A DNA stretch of 61,265 nucleotides from Candidatus Acidiferrales bacterium (GCA_050747305.1 JBOGNS010000009.1:1-61265); one strand, 5' to 3'; positions 8,892-18,157 are shown, counted from the stretch's first letter. Notes: generated by a model from the letters alone, not told the origin. Numbers and translations: made by a program.

Positions 8892-11756
8892 GTGAAACGC
8901 ATTCGGCAGACCGCCGTAGTGTTGCTTTTGCTGACGGGGGTCTGCGTGTATGCGCTTCCATCCGCCACGCTGTTCGTCGCCGGCGTCTTCTACATTCATC
9001 TCCTGGTGGGCGTTCTCTTCCTGCTGGTCTTGCTGCCGACCCTGGCGCGGGTGTTCCGCGGATGCAATACAGAAGGGCGTATCGGCTGGGCGCTGATTGC
9101 GTTCGGGGGCTTGCTAGGCGTCGCGCTGATGTTTACCGGCGGCACGCGGCCCTTCACTGCCTTGCTCTACTCGCACATCGGGGCCAGCCTGCTCGGTGTG
9201 GTGTTCCTGGCCGCGAAATGGCTGGGAGATGCGCCGCGCGCGGCTGCGGTGCGATTAGCGCCGCACGGCCCGCTGCTGCGGTTCGGTTCGGTGCTGCTCG
9301 TGGCCGCCGTGCTTTCAGCCGCTGCTTGGTGGGTGCGTGTCCCGCTGTGGCAGCAGGCGTACCGCATTACCAATCCCGAGTTGGCCCCAGCTTCCATGGA
9401 AGGCGAAGGCGACGGGCCTAGGGGCCCGTTCTTCCCCAGTTCGGCGCAGACAGCGCACGGCGGCACCATCCCAGCCAAGTACTTCATGCAGTCGCAGACC
9501 TGCGAGCGCTGCCATGCGGACATCTATCACCAATGGTCCGGCTCGATGCACCGCTTCTCTTCCTTCAATAATCAGTGGTACCGCAAGAGCATAGAGTATA
9601 TGCAGGAAGTGAATGGCGTGCAGTCGTCGAAGTGGTGCGCCGGCTGTCATGACCCGGCCATGCTCTTCACCGGCCTGTTCGAGAAGCCCGCCGTAGAAAA
9701 CCTGAGCAGGCCGGAGGCGCATGCCGGCCTCGGCTGCGTGATGTGCCACTCCATGGTGCAGGTGAAGAGCACCATGGGCCAGGGCGACTTCGGGCTGGAA
9801 TACCCGGAGATCAATGAACTCGCCACAAGCGAGAATCCGCTGGTGCGCTTTGTACACGACTTCTTCGTGAAAGTGAACCCCGAGCCGCACCGCCGCACGT
9901 TTATGAAGCCGTTCGTGCGCCAGCAGACCGCGGAGTTCTGCTCGTCCTGCCACAAGGTGCACCTCGATGTGCCGGTCAATAATTACCGCTGGATTCGCGG
10001 CTTCAACGATTACGACAACTGGCAGGCCAGCGGCATCTCCGGGCAGGGCGCGCGCTCCTTCTACTATCCCGCGCAGCCGCAGAAATGCGTGGATTGCCAC
10101 ATGCCCCTTGTGCCCTCCGAGGACTTCGGCAACGTGGATGGCATGGTGCACTCGCATCGCTTCCCCGCCGCCAACACCGCTGTGCCATTCGCCAATCAGG
10201 ATCAGGCGCAGTTCGAGGCCACGGAAAAATTCCTGAAGGATGGGCAACTTACGGTGGACATCTTCGCCGTGTCGCCCGCGCGCGAAATCACCGGAGGCGG
10301 CGAAGCCCGGCCCAGCCAATTGATGAGCACCTTCGCCGTGGGCGAGGAGGCTGAGCTTTCCGTCACGCCGGGCGGCGTGGAAGCGGCGCCGGTAACCGCG
10401 CCGCTCAATCGTGTGGGCGCGACGGTGCGGCGCGGCGATGAAGTGCGTGTGGATGTGGTGGTGCGCACGCGCAAGGTCGGTCACTTCTTCCCCGGCGGCA
10501 CGGTGGATGCCTTCGACGTGTGGGTCGAGCTGCAAGCTACCGACGAAAAAGGTCAAGTCGTTTTCTGGAGCGGCGCGGTCGAAGACGGCGGCAAGGGCCC
10601 GGTGGAAAAAGGCGCGCACTTTTATCGCGCGCTGCTGGTGGACGCGCACGGCAACGTAATCAACAAGCGCAATGCCTTCGCCGCGCGCGCCGTCGTCTAT
10701 GTGCGGATGATCCCGCCCGGCGCGGCGGACACCGTCCACTACCGTATGCGCATCCCTGAAAACGCCGGCGAGAAAATCACGCTGAAGGCCAAGCTGCACT
10801 ATCGCAAATTCATGTGGTGGAACACGCAGTTCGCCTTCGCGGGGATTCCCGATCCATTGCAGCCGCAGGGTGAAGTCACCAAAGATTATGACGACCGCAA
10901 GTTCCGTTTCACCGGCGACACCTCGGGCGTCTCTGGCCAGCTCAAGCACATTCCGAATCTGCCCATCATCACGCTGGCGTCGGATGAAGTTGCGCTCAAC
11001 GTAGCGCCGCGCAGCGCGCCTGTGCCCGAGCCGAGAGTAGTTTTGCAAGCGGACGACTGGACGCGCTGGAACGATTACGGCATCGGCCTGCTGCTGCAAG
11101 GCGATCTGAAGGGCGCGGAAGCCGCGTTTGCGAAGATCACCGAGATAGACTCGAAGAATGCCGATGGCTGGAACAATATCGGCCGCGTGCGCGTCGCTGA
11201 AGGCAACCTGGAGGGCGCGCGCGAAGTGTTGCAGAAAGCTCTGGAACTGAAACCGGAACTCGCCAGCGCGCACTATTTCTACGCGCGCGTCCTGAAGGCG
11301 GAAGGCGATTACGAGAAGGCCGTCGAGCACTTGCAGCGCGCGCTCGATCAGTATCCGCGCGATCGCGTGGTGCGCAACGAGCTGGGCCGCGTGCGTTTCC
11401 TGCAAAAGCGCTACCGCGACGCCGTCAGTGAGTTCAGGAAGACTCTGGCCATTGATCCCGAAGACTTGCCGGCGCACTACAACCTCATGCTCAGCTACAA
11501 CGGGCTCGGCGACACCGAGCGTGCGCTCGCGCACCAACAGCGCTACCTGCGCTTCAAGGCCGACGAGGCTTCGCAGGCCATCACCGGCCCCTATCGCCGC
11601 CTGAATCCCGAAGACAATAACGAGCGGCAAGCCATCCACGAGCACGCCTCACTGCCCCAGGTCAAAATCCGCGCCGCGCTCGAAGCCTTCGCCGCCGAGC
11701 AGCGCGCCCGCGCGCAGCGCCCGCCGGTGGCCGGTCATTCAGGCGGCGGCCCGTGA
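8892..11756 (+). CDS. membrane-anchored multihaem c-type cytochrome with C-terminal TPR repeats
   Basis: 954 aa with a GTG start. About 4 N-terminal hydrophobic helices. Five CxxCH motifs (CERCH, CAGCH, CVMCH, CSSCH, CVDCH). C-terminal TPR-like repeats (GWNNIGRVRVAEGNLEGAREVLQKALELKP...). Confidence 0.8.
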   Translation: MKRIRQTAVVLLLLTGVCVYALPSATLFVAGVFYIHLLVGVLFLLVLLPTLARVFRGCNTEGRIGWALIAFGGLLGVALMFTGGTRPFTALLYSHIGASLLGVVFLAAKWLGDAPRAAAVRLAPHGPLLRFGSVLLVAAVLSAAAWWVRVPLWQQAYRITNPELAPASMEGEGDGPRGPFFPSSAQTAHGGTIPAKYFMQSQTCERCHADIYHQWSGSMHRFSSFNNQWYRKSIEYMQEVNGVQSSKWCAGCHDPAMLFTGLFEKPAVENLSRPEAHAGLGCVMCHSMVQVKSTMGQGDFGLEYPEINELATSENPLVRFVHDFFVKVNPEPHRRTFMKPFVRQQTAEFCSSCHKVHLDVPVNNYRWIRGFNDYDNWQASGISGQGARSFYYPAQPQKCVDCHMPLVPSEDFGNVDGMVHSHRFPAANTAVPFANQDQAQFEATEKFLKDGQLTVDIFAVSPAREITGGGEARPSQLMSTFAVGEEAELSVTPGGVEAAPVTAPLNRVGATVRRGDEVRVDVVVRTRKVGHFFPGGTVDAFDVWVELQATDEKGQVVFWSGAVEDGGKGPVEKGAHFYRALLVDAHGNVINKRNAFAARAVVYVRMIPPGAADTVHYRMRIPENAGEKITLKAKLHYRKFMWWNTQFAFAGIPDPLQPQGEVTKDYDDRKFRFTGDTSGVSGQLKHIPNLPIITLASDEVALNVAPRSAPVPEPRVVLQADDWTRWNDYGIGLLLQGDLKGAEAAFAKITEIDSKNADGWNNIGRVRVAEGNLEGAREVLQKALELKPELASAHYFYARVLKAEGDYEKAVEHLQRALDQYPRDRVVRNELGRVRFLQKRYRDAVSEFRKTLAIDPEDLPAHYNLMLSYNGLGDTERALAHQQRYLRFKADEASQAITGPYRRLNPEDNNERQAIHEHASLPQVKIRAALEAFAAEQRARAQRPPVAGHSGGGP

Positions 11757-11790
11757 TCCGACCCGAGAAAGGCTACGCGGAAGCTAACGA

Positions 11791-12429
11791 ATGACCTGGA
11801 TCAAAACCATACCCCTGCCCGAAGCGAGCGAAGCGCTAGTCAAGGCAATTACTTCGCAGCGCGATCTTTATCCGGTGGAGTACGCAGCACCGGTGCAGCC
11901 CACGCCGGACGGCGTAGCCGGCATCGTTGCCTCGCACAGCCTCATCCCGCAGGCGCTCTATCACGCATTTTCCACGTTCGGTGCGCTGATGTCGCCGGAG
12001 CTTCCGCTTACGCGACGGCAACATGAGATGATCACTACCGTCGTCTCGGCGCAGAACCGCTGCCATTATTGAATTACGTCTCACGCAGAGTTTCTGCGTC
12101 GCGTCACTCTGGATGAGGAATTTGTGGAGCAACTGAAGCGAGATTACACCCAGGCTGAGCTTTTGGAGCCGGATCGCGCCATGCTCGATTATGTCGTGAC
12201 CATTACGAAGGACGCCACACAGGTAGGCCCGCGCGATCACCAGCGCCTGCGCGCCGCGGGCTTCGACGACACCGGCATCCTGCAAATCACACTGATCGCC
12301 TCGTGGTTCAACTACATCAACCGCGTTGCCGACGCACTCGGCGTTGGCCGCGAGCCCGCCGATGCGACTGCTTCTGCATCCGCGTCCGTTGCCGTATCTG
12401 CGTCCAACCCAGCCGGAGGCACTCCGTGA
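11791..12429 (+). CDS. AhpD/carboxymuconolactone-decarboxylase-like peroxidase-related protein with an in-frame TGA at 12070-12072 (candidate selenocysteine; alternatively a nonsense pseudogene)
   Basis: ORFs 11791-12072 and 12124-12429 share one frame and are separated only by this single TGA. Reading through gives ...[10 protein letters not shown][TGA][11 protein letters not shown]..., so the TGA sits where the second Cys of the family CxxC...H motif is expected. Confidence 0.55.
12076..12104 (+). promoter_or_regulatory. SECIS-like stem-loop immediately 3' of the in-frame UGA
   Basis: ACGCAG(12083-88)-AGUUU-CUGCGU(12094-99) forms a perfect 6-bp stem with a GU-containing loop, starting 10 nt after the UGA. 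It can be extended by ACG(12076-78)/CGU(12102-04) across an internal loop. Confidence 0.4.
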
Positions 12430-14186
12430 CCAGACCCCGTAGGGGCGGGCCCCAGTGCCCGCCCCTTTTTCTTGCAACATTCGTAGGGGCGCTGCTAGCT
12501 GCGCCGTCTTTCTTGCTATGCGCCGCGCCGCAGTCGAAGCCGGCGAAGGATTCGGCCAAGCCAGCGCCACTGATAGCGCCAACCCGCATCGCCTTCACCG
12601 ATATCACCGCGAAAGCCGGCATCCGCTTCACGCACAACACCGGCGGCTTCGGCAAAAAGTTTCTGCCGGAAACCATGGGCGCCGGCGTGGCCTTCATTGA
12701 CTACGACGGCGACGGCTGGCAAGACATTTTTTTCGTCAACTCCAGCGACTTCCCCGGCCACAAGCGGCGCACCACCGCGCCCGCTCTCTACCGCAACAAT
12801 CGCAACGGCACCTTCACCGACGTAACGCGCGCCAGCGGCCTAGCCATCGAAATCTACGGGCTGGGCGTCGCCGTCGGCGATTACGACAACGACGGTGACG
12901 ACGACATTTACCTCACCGCGCTTGGGCAAAACCGCCTCGTCCGCAACAACGGCAAGGGCGCCTTCACCGATGCGACCACCGCGGCGGGCCTCGCGGGACA
13001 CAACGACTTCAGCTCCTCCGCTGCATGGGTGGATTACGACAAAGATGGCCACCTTGATCTCTTCGTCGCCAATTACGTGCAGTGGACGCCGGAAACCGAT
13101 CTTTTCTGCACGCTGGATGGCACGCGCAAATCGTACTGCACGCCGGAGTCGTACAAAGGCGCGACAGCGCGGCTGTGGCGCAATCGCGGCGACGGCACAT
13201 TTGAAGACGTGACGCGCGCCGCCGCATTGGAAGATGCCACGTCAAAAGGGCTGGGCGTGGCGGTGCTCGACTCCAACATGGACGGCTGGCCAGACCTGCT
13301 GCTGGTCAACGACACCGAGCCCAACAAGCTCTACATCAGCGACGGCAAGGGAAAGTTCACCGAGCGCGGCGTGCTCGCGGGCATCGGCTTCAGCGAGAAC
13401 GGCGTGGCGCGCGCCGGGATGGGCACTGATGCCGCCGATTACGACCGCAGCGGCTACCCCAGCATTCTCATCAGCAATTTTTCCAATCAGATGCTCGCGC
13501 TCTACCACAACGAAGGCAACGGACTTTTTGTGGATGAAGCGCCGCGCTCGGAAGTCGGCCGGCGCAGCTTGCTCTCGCTGGGCTTCGCCGCATTTTTTTA
13601 CGACTACGATCTCGACGGCTGGCTGGATATTTTTGTCGCCAATGGGCACATCGAAGATGAGATCGAGCGCATCCAGCAGCGCGTTACTTACGCGCAGCCG
13701 CCGCACGTGTTTCGCAATACCGGCGGCGGCAAGTTCGTCGAAACTACCGAATCGCTTGGCGCGGCATTCAACAAAAGGCGCGTAGCGCGCGGCGCCGCTT
13801 ACGGTGACATCGACAACGACGGCGACCTCGATCTGGTGATGACCACCAACGGCGGCCCGGCCGTGCTCTTCCGCAACGATGGCGTGAGCAACCGCAGTGT
13901 GCGCATCAAGCTCGCCGGCACAAAGTCGAATCGTAATGGCCTCGGCGCAATGGTGACAGCTACCGTCGGCGGCGCTTCGCAAACCCAAATGCTGCGCAGC
14001 GGCTCCAGCTATCTTTCCGCCAGCGAACTGCTTCTCACCTTCGGCCTCGGCTCCGCTGCGCACGCCGATTCCATCGAGATTCGCTGGCCCTCCGGCCAAA
14101 TCGACAAGCTCGAGAAAGTCGCCGCCGGCCAAACCATCACCGTGCAGGAAGGCAAAGGCCAAATCTCCGCTACACCGCACAGGTAG
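12426..14186 (+). CDS. CRTAC1-like FG-GAP/VCBS repeat protein with ASPIC/UnbV C-terminal domain
   Basis: Seven D-x-D-x-DG-type FG-GAP calcium motifs ([41 protein letters not shown]...). C-terminal [15 protein letters not shown]...[10 protein letters not shown]. Start placed at the GTG at 12426, which overlaps the upstream stop (GTGA) and gives a signal-like N-terminus; this start is uncertain. Confidence 0.8.
   Translation: MTRPRRGGPQCPPLFLATFVGALLAAPSFLLCAAPQSKPAKDSAKPAPLIAPTRIAFTDITAKAGIRFTHNTGGFGKKFLPETMGAGVAFIDYDGDGWQDIFFVNSSDFPGHKRRTTAPALYRNNRNGTFTDVTRASGLAIEIYGLGVAVGDYDNDGDDDIYLTALGQNRLVRNNGKGAFTDATTAAGLAGHNDFSSSAAWVDYDKDGHLDLFVANYVQWTPETDLFCTLDGTRKSYCTPESYKGATARLWRNRGDGTFEDVTRAAALEDATSKGLGVAVLDSNMDGWPDLLLVNDTEPNKLYISDGKGKFTERGVLAGIGFSENGVARAGMGTDAADYDRSGYPSILISNFSNQMLALYHNEGNGLFVDEAPRSEVGRRSLLSLGFAAFFYDYDLDGWLDIFVANGHIEDEIERIQQRVTYAQPPHVFRNTGGGKFVETTESLGAAFNKRRVARGAAYGDIDNDGDLDLVMTTNGGPAVLFRNDGVSNRSVRIKLAGTKSNRNGLGAMVTATVGGASQTQMLRSGSSYLSASELLLTFGLGSAAHADSIEIRWPSGQIDKLEKVAAGQTITVQEGKGQISATPHR
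12439..12505. repeat. two GTAGGGGCG-type REP hairpins
   Basis: GTAGGGGCGGGCCCCAGTGCCCGCCCC (12439-12465) and GTAGGGGCGCTGCTAGCTGCGCC (12483-12505). Both lie within the predicted signal-peptide coding region. Confidence 0.7.
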
Positions 14187-14207
14187 GACAGGCACTCCTG
14201 CCTGTCC
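14183..14207. repeat. REP hairpin GTAGGACAGGCACTCCTGCCTGTCC
   Basis: Stem GGACAGGCA/TGCCTGTCC. The 25-mer is identical at 24222 and 48468. The TAG at 14184-86 is the stop of the upstream gene. Confidence 0.85.
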
Positions 14208-14404
14208 GTTTCACCTTGCGCCGCACCTGCCGGCCTGTCCACATCACCTCAGCGCGCTGCGCACGGACAGATAGGGCAGCCCGCGAACGCTGTGTTGCCC
14301 CGGCGCGTTTAATCTTGGTCGATATTATTTCCCGGCCTCTGCGATCTCCGCGACTCTCTGTGCCTCTGTGTTTCTCCTATGTTAAGGTTTTTCCTGCAAG
14401 GCTG

Positions 14405-17400
14405 ATGGATATGGTCGCTCGCATCCTCCGTTACCGAAGGCACCGGGCCGTGCTGCTGCTTTGTGCGCTCGCGCTGCTTTTTGGCGTTCGCCTGGGATCG
14501 CAGCAGCGGCAGCCGTCGCAGAAACAGCCGCCAGCCGATCCGCACGCCGCAATTCGCGCCAACAATCTGGGCGCGGCGTACCTGAACCAGCAGCGCACGG
14601 AGCAGGCGCTCGCGCAATTCAAGCAAGCACAAGCCGCCGACCCCAAGCTAGCCGTCGCGCGCGTGAATGAAGCCATCGCCCTGCTGAACCTGCAGCGCAT
14701 CGAGCCGGCACGTGCGCTATTGAGTGAAATTGTCGCGCAAGACTCGAAAAATGTTCGCGCGTGGTATAACCTCGGCCTGCTCGAGAAAAATTCCGGCGAC
14801 GCAGAAAAGGCGCTCGCCGCATTCGAAAAAGCCGCCGCGCTCGACCCCGGCGACCCCGATACCCACTACTTCATCGGCACGCTGCACTCTCAGCTTCAAA
14901 AGTACGACGACGCCATCGCTGCCTTCCAGCGCGCCATCAAGTCTAATCCCTTCCACGTCTCCGCCGAGTTCGGTCTCGCCCGCGCGCAGCAGCGCCTCGG
15001 CAACGCCGAGCAAGCCCGCCTGCACCTCGCCCGCTTCCAGCACCTCAACACCGAAAAACTTGGCGCGCCCATGAGCCTCGCCTACGGCGACCAAGGTAAG
15101 TACTCCCTCGCCGAAACCGTCACCCTGCCGCCCACCGCCGCCCCGCCCCCCATCCCCATCAAGTTCACTCTTGTTCCGGAAAGCGCTTCGGGTCTGAAAG
15201 TGGAGTGGTTGAATCCCAACAAGCGCAAGGCCTACGAAGGGATGACCCGTGTAGCGCCGAAACACGCACTTCCCCCAATGCCTGGCACCCACTGCCTCTT
15301 TGATTACGACAACGATGGAGATGGGGACGTGTTTCTTGCAGTCAGGCAGATCGATGAAGTCGGAGCAAGGTTATTCCAACGAACTAAGAACCAATATGTG
15401 GATGCGACTCCCTCAGCGGGCTTCGAGGTAATTCAGTCTGTGGACCATTGCGCTGCCGGAGACTACGACAACGACGGGTGGACCGACTTGGCCCTCGGCG
15501 CGGTCGGAGGGACGGCTATTTACCGCAATCTAGGGAATGGTACCTTTCAGAATGTAACGGCGAAAGTTGGCCTGCCAACAGACCTTTCTACCAGCGCTCT
15601 AACTTGGGTTGATCTCGACCACGACGGCGACCTCGATCTTTACGTTTCCCACGCCGTCCCGCCCACACGAGACACTTTCTGGCGCAACAATGGGAATGGC
15701 ACTTTTTCTGACTGGACTGAGCCCTCCGGGCTTCTGATCGGAGGCGGGTGGAGCGGTAAGACCCTGGCTATGGACGTGAATAATGACCGCGCCATCGACC
15801 TCATCAAAGCAGGAGACCGCTCCTCGCTCGATCAGTTTCGAGCGGGGCCGCCAGACTCCCAGGGCCGCCTGCCACGCCCGGCACGTCCGGAAAGCTTGGG
15901 TGTGTATCTCAATCCTCGCGAAGGCAAGTTTAAGCGGACGGATTCCGTCACGTCTGGAGTTCCACCGGAGCAATACCATGTGCGGTCACTCGATTTCGAT
16001 CGAGACGGGTGGATGGACCTTGCCATCGCACACATGAATGACGGGCTTACTCTTTGGAGGAACGTAGGAGGTGTGCGTTTCGAGCAAGTTAAGTTGCCTG
16101 TCCCTAGTAGGCGGTGGGTTTCTGACCTCGTAGTCTTGGACTATGACAACGACGGCTGGCAAGACCTGGCTTTTGTGGACGACCAGTCCTTCGAGGATAC
16201 TGCACAACAGCAACTCCCACAAAAGTTCGCACCAAGGCTCAACCTCCTCCGAAACCTTGGAGGCTCTCGATTCGAGCTTCGGTCCAAGGGGACGGCCTTG
16301 GCAGAACTTAGCTTGTCCCTTCTCCATCTCTCCGCGGGCGACGTGGACTCCGACGGAGATCCAGACCTGTTGGTCAGCGTCCCATTCGCCGTAACTCTTC
16401 TGCGCAACGACGGCGGGAACAAGAACAACTGGCTGAAGCTATCGCTGAAGGGGCTGGCGGACAACAAGAGCGCGATTGGGACGAAGGTGGAAGTGTTTGC
16501 GGGCGCTACGTATCAGAAATTCGAAGTCACGACGCCGAACGATTTGCTGATCGGGCTGGGGCAGGAGAAGCAGGCCGACGTGGTGCGGCTGCTGTGGCCC
16601 ACCGGCGTGTTGCAAGACGAAGTAAATCTGGCTGCGAATCAGCGGCACGAAATCATGCAGATTGACCGTCGCGGCAGCTCCTGCCCGGTGCTGTTTGCGT
16701 GGAACGGCAGCCGCTACGAATTTATCGCCGACGCCATCGGCCCCGGCATCGTCGGCCACTGGGTCGCGCCCGGCCTGCGCAACACGTCCGATCCCACTGA
16801 GTACATCAAAGTGCCCGGCTCGCTGCTGCGCGAGCGGCGCGGCCCGCGCGGCGAACGCCTGCTCAGCTTCCGCTTCGCCGAGCCGATGGAGGAGATCGTT
16901 TATCTCGATCAGTTGCGTCTGTTCGCGATCGATCATCCATCCGGCACGGACGTGAATCCCAGCGAGCGCTTCTATGCCAGCGGCCCGCCTTTTCCCACCG
17001 GCGAGCCGGTGTTCACGCTACAGAGCAACGCACGGCCGCCGGTGAGCGCGAGCGATCATCACGGCCGCGACGTCACCGCGCTGCTGCGCGAGCGCGACCG
17101 CCGCTACGTCAGCGATTTTGCCGACGCGCCCTACAAAGGCTTCGCCGAATTGCACTGGATCGAGTTCGACCTCGGCGAGGCGGCCCAAACCACGGCCCAG
17201 GACCCGGTAGGGGCGCCGCTTGCTGCGCCCCGGAATGCCGCGCATCCGCGCGGCTTTGGAGTGCGGCTCGACGCCGCTTTGCCCTCGAGACACGGGCAGA
17301 CGAACGGGGCGCAGCAAGCAGCGCCCCTACGGCTGCTGCTGCACGGCTACACCGACTACTTCACCGCCACATCCGTTTATGCGGCGCATCAGGGCGGCTT

Positions 17401-18157
17401 GACGGCGATCGTACCCTACGTCGAAGCGCTCACCCAGGCAGGCGAGTGGGTGCGCATCGCCGACGACATGGGCTTCCCAGCCGGACTGGCGCGCACCATG
17501 GTTGCGGATCTCACCGGCAAGCTGCCGTTAGGCACGCGGCGCATCCGCATCTCCACGAACCTGAAAGTCTACTGGGACCAGATCCTCATCGACACCACGC
17601 CCGAGGGCACGCCGCATCGCATCAGCGAAGCGCCGCTGGCCGGCGCGCGCGCCGGCTATCTCGGCTATCCGCGCGAAATCCGCGGCACGCCGGCGAGCGA
17701 CATTCGCTACGACTATCACACCGTGAGCGCCACCGGCCCTTACGCGCGCGCCGCCGGCCACTACACGCGCTATGGCGACGTGCGCGCGCTTATCGAGGGC
17801 GCCGACGACCGCTTCGTGCTCATGGGCTCCGGCGACGAGGTAGCGGTCGACTTCGATGCCGCTGCGCTGCCGCCGGTACCCGAAGGCTGGACGCGCGACT
17901 GGTTCTTCTACGTAGACGGTTTCGCGAAAGATATGGACTTCTACGCCGCGCATCCCTTCACCGTCACGCCGCTGCCGTATCACGCCATGCCCGGCTACCC
18001 TTACGGCGACGAACACCGCTACCCCAACCGCGGCGCGCACCTCGAAGATCAACTCGAACTCAACACCCGCGCCGTCTCCGGCCGCCCCGCATCCTCCTAC
18101 CGTTACCAGTATCGCGAGCCCCGCGCGACCACGCCTGCGCCGCCCCAGCCGCGTTGA
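14405..18157 (+). CDS. TPR + FG-GAP/VCBS + ASPIC/UnbV multidomain secreted protein
   Basis: About 1250 aa from the ATG at 14405 (MDMVARILRYRRHRAVLLLCALALLFG, signal/anchor). Contains TPR repeats (NNLGAAYLNQQRTEQALAQFKQA...), FG-GAP motifs (DYDNDGWTDLAL, DLDHDGDLDLYV, DYDNDGWQDLAF) and an ASPIC-like segment NKSAIGTKVEVFAG. A long C-terminal domain follows. Confidence 0.8.
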   Translation: MDMVARILRYRRHRAVLLLCALALLFGVRLGSQQRQPSQKQPPADPHAAIRANNLGAAYLNQQRTEQALAQFKQAQAADPKLAVARVNEAIALLNLQRIEPARALLSEIVAQDSKNVRAWYNLGLLEKNSGDAEKALAAFEKAAALDPGDPDTHYFIGTLHSQLQKYDDAIAAFQRAIKSNPFHVSAEFGLARAQQRLGNAEQARLHLARFQHLNTEKLGAPMSLAYGDQGKYSLAETVTLPPTAAPPPIPIKFTLVPESASGLKVEWLNPNKRKAYEGMTRVAPKHALPPMPGTHCLFDYDNDGDGDVFLAVRQIDEVGARLFQRTKNQYVDATPSAGFEVIQSVDHCAAGDYDNDGWTDLALGAVGGTAIYRNLGNGTFQNVTAKVGLPTDLSTSALTWVDLDHDGDLDLYVSHAVPPTRDTFWRNNGNGTFSDWTEPSGLLIGGGWSGKTLAMDVNNDRAIDLIKAGDRSSLDQFRAGPPDSQGRLPRPARPESLGVYLNPREGKFKRTDSVTSGVPPEQYHVRSLDFDRDGWMDLAIAHMNDGLTLWRNVGGVRFEQVKLPVPSRRWVSDLVVLDYDNDGWQDLAFVDDQSFEDTAQQQLPQKFAPRLNLLRNLGGSRFELRSKGTALAELSLSLLHLSAGDVDSDGDPDLLVSVPFAVTLLRNDGGNKNNWLKLSLKGLADNKSAIGTKVEVFAGATYQKFEVTTPNDLLIGLGQEKQADVVRLLWPTGVLQDEVNLAANQRHEIMQIDRRGSSCPVLFAWNGSRYEFIADAIGPGIVGHWVAPGLRNTSDPTEYIKVPGSLLRERRGPRGERLLSFRFAEPMEEIVYLDQLRLFAIDHPSGTDVNPSERFYASGPPFPTGEPVFTLQSNARPPVSASDHHGRDVTALLRERDRRYVSDFADAPYKGFAELHWIEFDLGEAAQTTAQDPVGAPLAAPRNAAHPRGFGVRLDAALPSRHGQTNGAQQAAPLRLLLHGYTDYFTATSVYAAHQGGLTAIVPYVEALTQAGEWVRIADDMGFPAGLARTMVADLTGKLPLGTRRIRISTNLKVYWDQILIDTTPEGTPHRISEAPLAGARAGYLGYPREIRGTPASDIRYDYHTVSATGPYARAAGHYTRYGDVRALIEGADDRFVLMGSGDEVAVDFDAAALPPVPEGWTRDWFFYVDGFAKDMDFYAAHPFTVTPLPYHAMPGYPYGDEHRYPNRGAHLEDQLELNTRAVSGRPASSYRYQYREPRATTPAPPQPR
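17207..17330. repeat. 124-bp MITE/REP-like element with about 25-bp terminal inverted repeats, inside the coding frame
   Basis: GTAGGGGCGCCGCTTGCTGCGCCCC at 17207 and GGGGCGCAGCAAGCAGCGCCCCTAC ending at 17330 (24/25 complementary). It also encloses a GGAGTGCGGC-type hairpin. Translated as VGAPLAAPRNAAHPRGFGVRLDAALPSRHGQTNGAQQAAPL. Confidence 0.8.

Noticed and set aside
7595-8968. 457-aa minus-strand ORF
   Set aside because: It is antisense to the phosphofructokinase gene. No recognisable motifs.
9315-11645. 776-aa ORF on the minus strand
   Set aside because: It is antisense to the multihaem cytochrome/TPR gene. Its composition is Arg/Ala/Gly/His-rich with no motifs. It is a typical shadow ORF of GC-rich DNA, while the plus strand carries five CxxCH motifs and TPR repeats.
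14216-14404. 5' extensions of ORFs 14216-18157, 12303-14186 and 36455-37051
   Set aside because: The extensions are Arg/Cys-rich, cross REP elements or the preceding gene, and precede much better signal-peptide or PIN-domain starts at 14405, 12426 and 36632.
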